Shown here piece by piece: positions 56,939 to 64,000 of a stretch of 64,000 bases of DNA. The first letter of the stretch is position 1. Every line of letters begins with the position of its first letter. A model generated the notes under the pieces. It did no database searches. It had not been told where the DNA came from and saw nothing but the letters and a program-made list of their open reading frames with translations. The stretch covers positions 1-64,000 of the forward strand of contig QPMI01000243.1 of assembly GCA_004431415.1 (NCBI GenBank), given 5' to 3'. The stretch is from Cyanophora paradoxa CCMP329 (taxonomy: Eukaryota > Plantae > Glaucophyta). Made by a program: the position numbers and the translations under genes.

Positions 56939-59900
56939 CTAGCTGGAGAAGAAAGGGGAGGCGAGGTACTCGTAGGGGGGGTAGCGGAGCTTGTCGAGGC
57001 CGTCGATGTGCGTCTGCATGCAGTGGCCGACGGGCTCGTTGACGAGGACGCGGGACTCGTCGACGAGGAAGGCGGAGAAGAGGGAGAGGGCGAAGAGGGC
57101 ATCCAGGTTCGCGTAGGCCCCGGCGCGCAGGACGAGCGAGCGCGCCGCGGGGCTCTGCAGCCGCTCCACGAGGAGGTACGTCGCGAGCTCCTCGGGCGGC
57201 GCGTTCTGCAGCGTCGTCGCCATCTGGCGCCCGAGCTGCTGCGAGCCGTCCTCCTCCTCGTAGTACGTCGTGAGGGCGAACTTGGAGGGGTGCTTGACGG
57301 CGCGGGCCACCTGGGCGCCGTTCTCGTGGCCGGCCTGGAGGGACCAGCGCCCGAGGACGGCCTTGCGGAGGCGCTTGGCGCGCGTCGGGTCGGCGACGAA
57401 GCGCTCGAGGACGCCGGGCTGGTTGAGGAGCACGTAGTGCATCCAGCGCGAGCCGAGCAACTGCAGGCCCACCGGCGGGCCCTTGACCGCCGCGCTGCAC
57501 TCGAGCGCCGTGCGGACCTCCCACTCGCGCTGCGTGGGGTAGTCGTCGGGGTGGTGCCCCCCGCGGAAGAGGACGACGGCGACGTGGCGGCCGGCGACGC
57601 GGAGCTCGCCCCCGGCCGGCTCGACGCGGAGCTCCTCGGGGGCGGCGGCGAGGGCCTGGAGGGAGCGGCGGACGCAGGGGAGGCGGTACTGCTCCCAGAG
57701 GAGGAACTCGAGCCAGCGCTCGTCCACCTCGTCGTGGGGGCCCCCGGGCACCACCATCAGGACCGCCGTCTGGGGCGTCCAGTGCTGCTTCGCCGGGGCC
57801 TCCTCGCCGGCGGCGCGGGCCCTCGCGGCGGGGGGCACGAGCCCGCGCTGCTCCTCGTAGAGCCGCGCCGCCCGCGCGACCGCCGCGGGGACGTTCACCA
57901 GCAGCGGGTTCGGCGGCATCACGACCCCCGCGTACGCCTCCACCCCCGTCCGCTGGATCACGTGCCTGCGCCCCGCCCCGTGAGCGCGGGAGGCAGAGGG
58001 ACGGGGGCGGGGCGGGGCGGGGCCGCACTGGTGCATGAGGGTGGCGAGGCCGGAGAGGGCGAGGGGCGTGCCGTACGTCGAGGCGTGCTTGACGCACTTC
58101 ACGGCGGGGCCCTGGGCGCGGCTGGTGTCGACGAGGAAGTCGAAGCGGTGGAGGGCGAGGGCGACGGGCTGCCGCGGCGCCTCGTCCGCGTAGGCGGCGC
58201 GGTAGACGCCGAGCAGGCCCGCCACGAACGAGTCGACCATGGCGTAGCCCTCGAGCTGCGAGGTGACGAAGTCGAAGTCCCGCGAGGCGCGCCAGAGGAG
58301 GAGCGCCAGGTCGGGGGCCACGCCCCGCGCCGCCGCGTAGCCGGCCTGCGGGAATGGCTGCGGGAGCACGGAGACGGCGGCGTGCATGGCGTGGCCCCAG
58401 GGCCCCGGCACGTCGCGCCCGGGCCCCGTGCCGGCGCCGAGCGAGGCGGCGGCGGTGGCGCCGCTGGAGAGGAGGCCGTGGTGGAGCATCCACTGCGCCG
58501 CCGTGTCCGCGAGGGACGCCGCGAGCCGCGGCGGCACGTGCCGCGCGAAGTGCACGGCCGCCTCGTAGGCGGGGAGGATCCAGGGCCCGCCGGCGGGGTC
58601 GGCGGGGGCGGCGCCGAGGCGGGCGAGGGTGCGCTCGCCGAGGGCGGAGGAGGCGCGCTCGTCGCGGACGGCCTTCAGCGCGCGGAAGCCGCGCTCGATG
58701 CGCTCGGCGAGGGCCACGCGGTCCTCGGCCGCCCGCTTCGCCGCGGCGAGGAGCTCCTGCATGCGCGCCGCGACGCGCTGGCGCTCCTCGGCGACGTCGG
58801 CCTCGAGGCGCTGCTGCTGCCGCCGCATCGTCCCCAGCAGCGCCTCGTACTCCTCGCGGAGGGCGGCGAGGCGGCGGCCCTCCTCCTTCCTCACCTCCAG
58901 CTCCACGTCCACGAGGCGGCGCTCCAGCTCGGCCTTGGCGGCCTCCGCCTCCGCCAGCTGCCGCTCCACCTGGCTCCGCTTCAGCCGGCTCACGGCGACG
59001 ACCTGCACCCAGCGCTCCATGTTCCGCACGCTCGCCGCCGTCAGCCGCGCCTCCTCCGCCTCCCGCACCGCCCCCTCCCCCTCCCCCGCCTTCCACGCCC
59101 CCGCCGGGGCCGGGGCGGGGGCCTTGGGGGCCGCGGGGGCGGCGCGGGGTGCCGGGGGCGGGGCGGCGCGGGCGCGGGACTCGGCGAGCTGGCGGGCCTT
59201 GCCCTCGAGCTCGGCCGTGGTGCGCGAGAGGGCGCCCTCCAGCGCCGAGAGCTCGTCCCGCTTCGCCGCGAGCTCCTTCTTGGTCATGCGGAGGACCTCG
59301 TCCTGGTCGGCGAGGCGCGCGGAGAGGGCGGCGACCTTCGCCTGCAGCTCCGCCTGCGCCCGCGCCGCCTCCTCCGTGAGCACCCGCAGCCGCCGCACCT
59401 GCCCGGGGGGGTCAGGGGATGGGGGCGGGGGCGGCGCGGGAGGACGGGGCCGGCTCGCCTCGTAGCTCTCGGCCTCGGAAGTGGCGGGGGCGGGGCGGTC
59501 GGCGGGGGCGGGGGCGGCGGGGGGGACGACGCCGGAGCGGAGCTGGTCGATTTTGAGGGCGTAGACCTGGGCGTGGGTGCGGAGCTGGCCCTCCTTGGCG
59601 TCCAGCGCGTGCACCCGCGCGAACAGCGCCTGCAGCTCCGAGAGGGCCCCCTCCTCGGGGCCCCCGCCCCCCTCGCCCCGCCCCTCCGGCCCGCCCTCGG
59701 AGAAGCGCGCGCTCCACGCGAGGAGGTCCTTGCGGAGGGCGCGCTTGATCGCCAGCACGCCCCGCAGCTCCTCCTCCGCCCCCGCCAGCAGCCGCTGGAG
59801 CGCCGGCACCTCCCACGGCGAGCTCGCCATCAGGCCCTCCACCGTCGGGCCCTCCTCCTCCCCCGCCCCCGCCCCCGACGCCGCTGCCGCCGGGGCGCCC

Positions 59901-61588
59901 TCGCCGTCGCCGCGGCTGGCGGGGCGCGGGGCCGGCTCGTCGCGCTGGGCGGCGTCGGCGAAGGCGGCGAGGGCGGAGCGGAGGGCGTCGACGCGGGACT
60001 GGAGCTCGGCGCGCTCGCGGGCGGCGCCCTCGCGCAGCTTGCCCCCCGCCTCGCGCTCGAGGGCGAGCTCCTCCTCGGCCGCCGTGAGCCGCCGCGCCAG
60101 CCGCTCCTTCTCCGCCTCCGCCTCCTCCCCGGCCTTCTGCAGCGCCTCCATCCGCCCCGCGCCGCCCCCAGCTCCGCCTCCGCCCGCGCCGCCCGCGCCG
60201 CCTCGGCCTCGGCGGCGGCGAGGCCGCCGACGCCGCCGGCGCGCGCCTCGAGGAGCTCGCGGGCGGCCGCGTCGGAGCGCTCCTGGAGGGCGCCAGCTCC
60301 TCCCGCAGCGCGGCGGCCTCGGCGCGGGCGGCGCGCTCGGCGGCGGCGGCCTGGCGGGCGGCGTGGGCGGCGTCGGCGGCCTCCTCGAGGGCGGCGGCGA
60401 GCTTCTCCTGGAGGCCCTCGACCTCCTCGACGAGGGCCCCGATCTCCGCCTCGAACGCCTCCTTCGTCTTCCGCTCCGCCGCCTTCGCCCGCTTCGGCAG
60501 CTCCCGCGCCAGCGCCGCCGACGTCGCCACGTCCTGCAGCGCCCCCTGCAGGTCGAACTCCGCGGTGCGGGCGACGAGCGCCTCGAGGCGCGCCGCCTCG
60601 GCGGCCGCCGCCTTGCGCAGCGCCGCGTAGCGCCGCGCGGGGCCCTCCTTGGCCTCCCGCAGCAGCTCGTCGATCACCACCTGGGCCGCCTTGTCCCGCC
60701 CCGCCTTCTTCTTCAGGAAGCGGTAGTTGCCCCGCACCGTCTCGATCAGCCACACCAGCCCTGCGCGCCGCCTCGGCCGGGGCCGCGCCGCCAGCGGGCG
60801 GGGCCGGGCGGAGGGGTGCGCGCACCCTCGCCGATGCGGGGGTCGGGGCGGTAGTTCTTGTTGGAGGGCGCGTCGGAGGCGCGGGCGACGGCCTCGGTGC
60901 CCATCACGCGGTAAACGAGGCCCTCGCGCATCTGCGAGACCCCCAGCCGCTGCTCGATCTCCTCCGGCGTCAACGCCCCCGGCACGTCCTGCTTCGAGCA
61001 GAATCTGCACCACCCGCCGTCAGCGCGCCCCGCCGCCCGGCCGCCACGCCTCGCCGCACATGACGAAGGGCTTGGCCTGCGTGCGGGGCTCCCGGACGAG
61101 CTTGAGGAGGAGGCGGCGGTTCTTCTGCAGGTTCGCCTCATCGCTCGAGTCCACCACGAAAATGAAGCAGTAGCACTGCGCCGCTGGCGTCAGAGGGCGG
61201 AGGGGCAGCTGGCGGCCGCCGCCGCACGTCGATGAGGTAGTTGGCCCAGACGCTGGGCTCGATCTTGTAGTTGTGGCCTATCTCGAAGGAGGCCGTGGTG
61301 TAGCTAACGGGCTCTCCGTCGCACAGCACAGTCTCTGGCCGCTCTGCGCCGCGGGCGCTCAGGGAGGACTCGGACCCAGAACAGCCGCCCCGCTCACCCT
61401 TAACGAGCTGGCCGCAGGAGAACTTCAGCGCTGGCAGAAGCGACCGCTTGCCGCTGCCGATGCATCCCACCTGCGCCCGGGCGCTCAGCTATGCGGCTCG
61501 ACCGCCGAGCCTCCGCGACACGCACCAGAGCGATGGGCAGCCAGGTGGGTCGCGCCACTGGCGCATCTGGTCTGGCCTCGGCAGCCAT
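56939..61588 (-). CDS. Fusion protein: degenerate ARL13/Arf-like GTPase + long coiled coil + degenerate eukaryotic glutathione synthetase domain
   Basis: IALVGCIGSGKRSLL, FIFVVDSSD, FCSKQDVPGAL, DPRIGEGLVWLIETV; a coiled coil of roughly 600 aa; then HAAVSVLPQPFP, LALHRFDFL, VAVVLFRGGHHPDDYPTQREWEVRTALECSAAVKGP, QPGVLERFV, YLLVERL. Two apparent 1-nt indels (~60290, ~60155). Confidence 0.8.
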
Positions 61589-61764
61589 GCCGGGCCCGCT
61601 GCTCGCTGCCGTCGTTGCTGGTGTGTTGCGCTTATTTTGCTTTTGGGGGGTGGGGTCGCAACGGGGTACAGTGCAAACTCTGCGCTGTCCGAGCCCCGAG
61701 ATCTGTGTCGATCAATACGGGCCTCTCGAAACGCGCCTGCGATGCAACGCTAGCCGTTGCGAGG

Positions 61765-64000
61765 ATGCCGGCCCAAGAGCAACTCATCTTGAGGCTACTG
61801 CTGGACGCCTGGCAGTCCAGGCGCTCGCCGAAAGCATGGGAGAAGAGATGCCGTGCGCTCCTCGCGTCCGGCGGTGCGTTGGAGGAGGAGCTGAACGGGG
61901 CCCTCCAAGGTACCACCGCCTCCGAACGTCGCCGCCCCTCGTGGACGCGCTGACACGCGCCGGTAGATATACTACTACAACAGCTGCTGTGCGGGGCGCA
62001 TCCGAGCCCACAGATCCAGTCCTACCTGCGCTACGGGCTCCATTCCGGCCTTATCTCAGTGCCGGCGTTCGTGGAGCGCGTGTGCAATGGTTCGTGTGCC
62101 CAGGCGGTTGTGTGCTGCTGCGTATTGGCTGACCGCTCCCTGCAGTGGAGCGGTGGCGCAAAGCGCTCCTCGACCCGCGAAGGCCCCTGCACTTCAACTT
62201 CGTCCTGCAGCTCCTTGAGGAGTTCCTCCCGAAGCTGCCGGCGTCGGCCCGCGGGCCGGGTGCGCTGGACCGCGCCAGGACAGCGCCTCTGCCCCGCAGA
62301 ACCTCTTTCCCGCAGACCAGCGGATCACGACGGAGCGCGCGCTGCGCGTCGCTGCGGTGATGCTGGAGGCGTGCGTCGCGCTCGCCGAGGGTGTCGCAGA
62401 GGCGAAGGACGGCACACCGTGCGCCCCGCCGCCGCCGCCGCCCCCTGCGCCCCCGCCGACGTTCCTGCGCAGGGGCGACGCGGACCGGCGCTGCAACAGC
62501 CTGCTCGAGAAGCTGCTGTCTGATCCGTCCGCGGCGTCGCTCATTGCCGTCGCGAGCCGCGAGCTGCCGGGTGCGCGCTGCGCGTGGCCGCGGGGAGGCG
62601 CGACGGGCCGACCGGGGACGGCAGACGCGTGGGAGCGGTTCCAGCGCGCACGGAGGAGGGCGGCGGGCGATTCGAAAGGCCCTGCGCAGGAATTGCCCTC
62701 GGTGTGGCCGGCGTCGGCGATGTGGCGGCTGGCGGGGCCGGAGGCGGGGATCAGCGGGCACGCGCACAGCCTGGCGGCGGTGGATTGGATGCTGGCGAGC
62801 CTGGCGAGCGGCGAGGCGTGCGTGGCGGCGTGGCTCGGACCCGAGGAGCGCCTCGAGCGCGTCGAGGCCGCCTGCAGCGTCCGCGGCTGGCTCGCCCACG
62901 GGCCCCAGGCTGCCCTCGCCCTCTGGACCGCCGCCCTGCGCCTCGCGCCCCGTCCGGGTTCCGACCCCGAGGCCCCGCCCTGGCCCCGCCGCAGCCTCCT
63001 CCTCTCCGTGGTGCGTGTCCCGGCGCCGGCTCCCCGCGCCCCGCGCCAACTGCCGTGCAGGTGCCGGCGATGGTGCGGGGGCTGCGGGAGCGGTGGCCCC
63101 GCGGGGCGGCCGCCCCTCACGCTGAGCGGGCCCTCGAGGGGGCCCTCCACGCCCTTGGCCTCGCGTGCGCGCGCCCCCACCCCGCCCCCACCCCCCGCCC
63201 CTGAGCGAGGGCGGCGCAGCGGCACGCCGCTCGCCGGCGAGGTGGTGGCGCACGGGCTGCGCGCGGGGCCCTCCGCCGCGAGCTGCTGCCGGCCTCGCTG
63301 CTCGAGCCCGAGCCGCGGGCCCCCGAGGAGGCCGGCCTCGAGCAGGCCCGCGCCCGCCTCCGCTCCGACGACCCCGCCGAGCGCGCCGCCGGCCTCGCCG
63401 AGGCGCTCGAGGCCGCCGCCGGCTCGCCGGCCGCGCCCCCGCGCGTGGCGCACCAGGCGGCGGCGGCGCGGCTGGTGGCGGACGCGTGCGACCCCGCGTG
63501 GCACGGCGGCGACGCGGGGCGCGCGGCGGCGGCCGCGGGGGCCCTCGTCGCCGCCCAGGGCGCCCTCGCGGCGGTCGCCCTGCACGGGCTGCTGCGGCCC
63601 CTCGCCGCGGGGCTCGCGCGCGCCGCCGAGTCGGCGGCCGAGGGGCCCGACCTCACCGCCGCCTTCGGCGCCCTCGTCGGCGTCCTCGAGCGCACCCTCC
63701 CCGCCGCCGCCGCCGGCGACACCAACCCGCCCGAGGCCGAGGCCGCCGCCGCCGCCATCGAGGCGGCGGGGCGCCCCGCGCTGCCCGGTGGTACCGCGCC
63801 TGGCGCAGGGGCGGGGTCGACGCGCTCGGGCCCCTCTCCGCGGAGGCCACCGGGCCTCGCCGAGCGCCGACGGGGCGGCCGCCGCGGCCAAGGCCGAGGT
63901 GATCGTGCTCGACGGGGACACGCCCACGGCCTCCCCGCCCGCCGCCGAGGCGCCCGCCGCCGACCTCGCCGCCCCGCCGCCGACGCCGCCGCCGAAGCAC
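61765..64000 (+). CDS. Mediator subunit MED24/Med5/MED33-like; 3'-truncated by the window edge
   Basis: LLLDAWQSRRSPKAW...ILLQQLLCGAHPSPQIQSYLRYGLHSGLIS resembles the MED24 N-terminus (LLEQAMIGPSPNPLILSYLKYAISS, recalled from memory). Confidence 0.65.

Noticed and set aside
60150-60295. Frameshifts in otherwise intact genes (also ~11260, ~20205, ~21655) as programmed frameshifting or pseudogenes
   Set aside because: They are single-base losses in G/C runs with no slippery heptamer. Sequencing or consensus error is more likely, though this needs read-level confirmation.
57008-61063. 1351-aa + strand ORF and many other long Arg/Gly/Pro/Ala-rich ORFs in the track
   Set aside because: They are shadow frames of real genes in extreme-GC DNA where stop codons are rare; they show no domain motifs.

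Overview
A gene-dense, very GC-rich eukaryotic nuclear window. I reconstructed about 18 intron-rich protein-coding genes by splicing by hand; the long ORFs in the supplied track are mostly high-GC shadow frames. In order: kinesin-3 with a C-terminal CaaX box, ankyrin+GAF protein, NEMF/Rqc2, AT-hook/Myb-like protein, lipase-3/P-loop protein, front-end (Delta5-like) desaturase, CaMK-like kinase, importin-5, SLC25 carrier with C-terminal EF-hands, kelch protein, Nudix hydrolase, bL25-like protein, signal-peptide OGT-like GT41, PX-BAR sorting nexin, LRRC45-like protein, Cu/Zn-SOD-like protein, an ARL13-like/coiled-coil/glutathione-synthetase-like fusion, and MED24/Med5-like. There are three U3 snoRNA copies, a ~1 kb direct duplication and an inverted importin-5 pseudogene fragment. 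Introns are mostly 50-90 nt, roughly a third use GC donors, and they lack polypyrimidine tracts. Genes alternate strands almost perfectly as head-to-head pairs. 'MAF' transit-peptide starts suggest a glaucophyte-like or other archaeplastid flagellate; this is inference only. The main leads are: (1) a fusion of a degenerate GTPase with a degenerate glutathione synthetase; (2) a mutational process that inserts short palindrome-forming segments, visible when the pseudogene is aligned to its parent and apparently disrupting the SOD-like start; (3) a carrier with its EF-hands on the unusual (C-terminal) end; (4) U3 copies with a co-altered C'/D motif. Coordinates are hand-derived and may be off by a few bases; family calls rest on motif recognition, not database searches.
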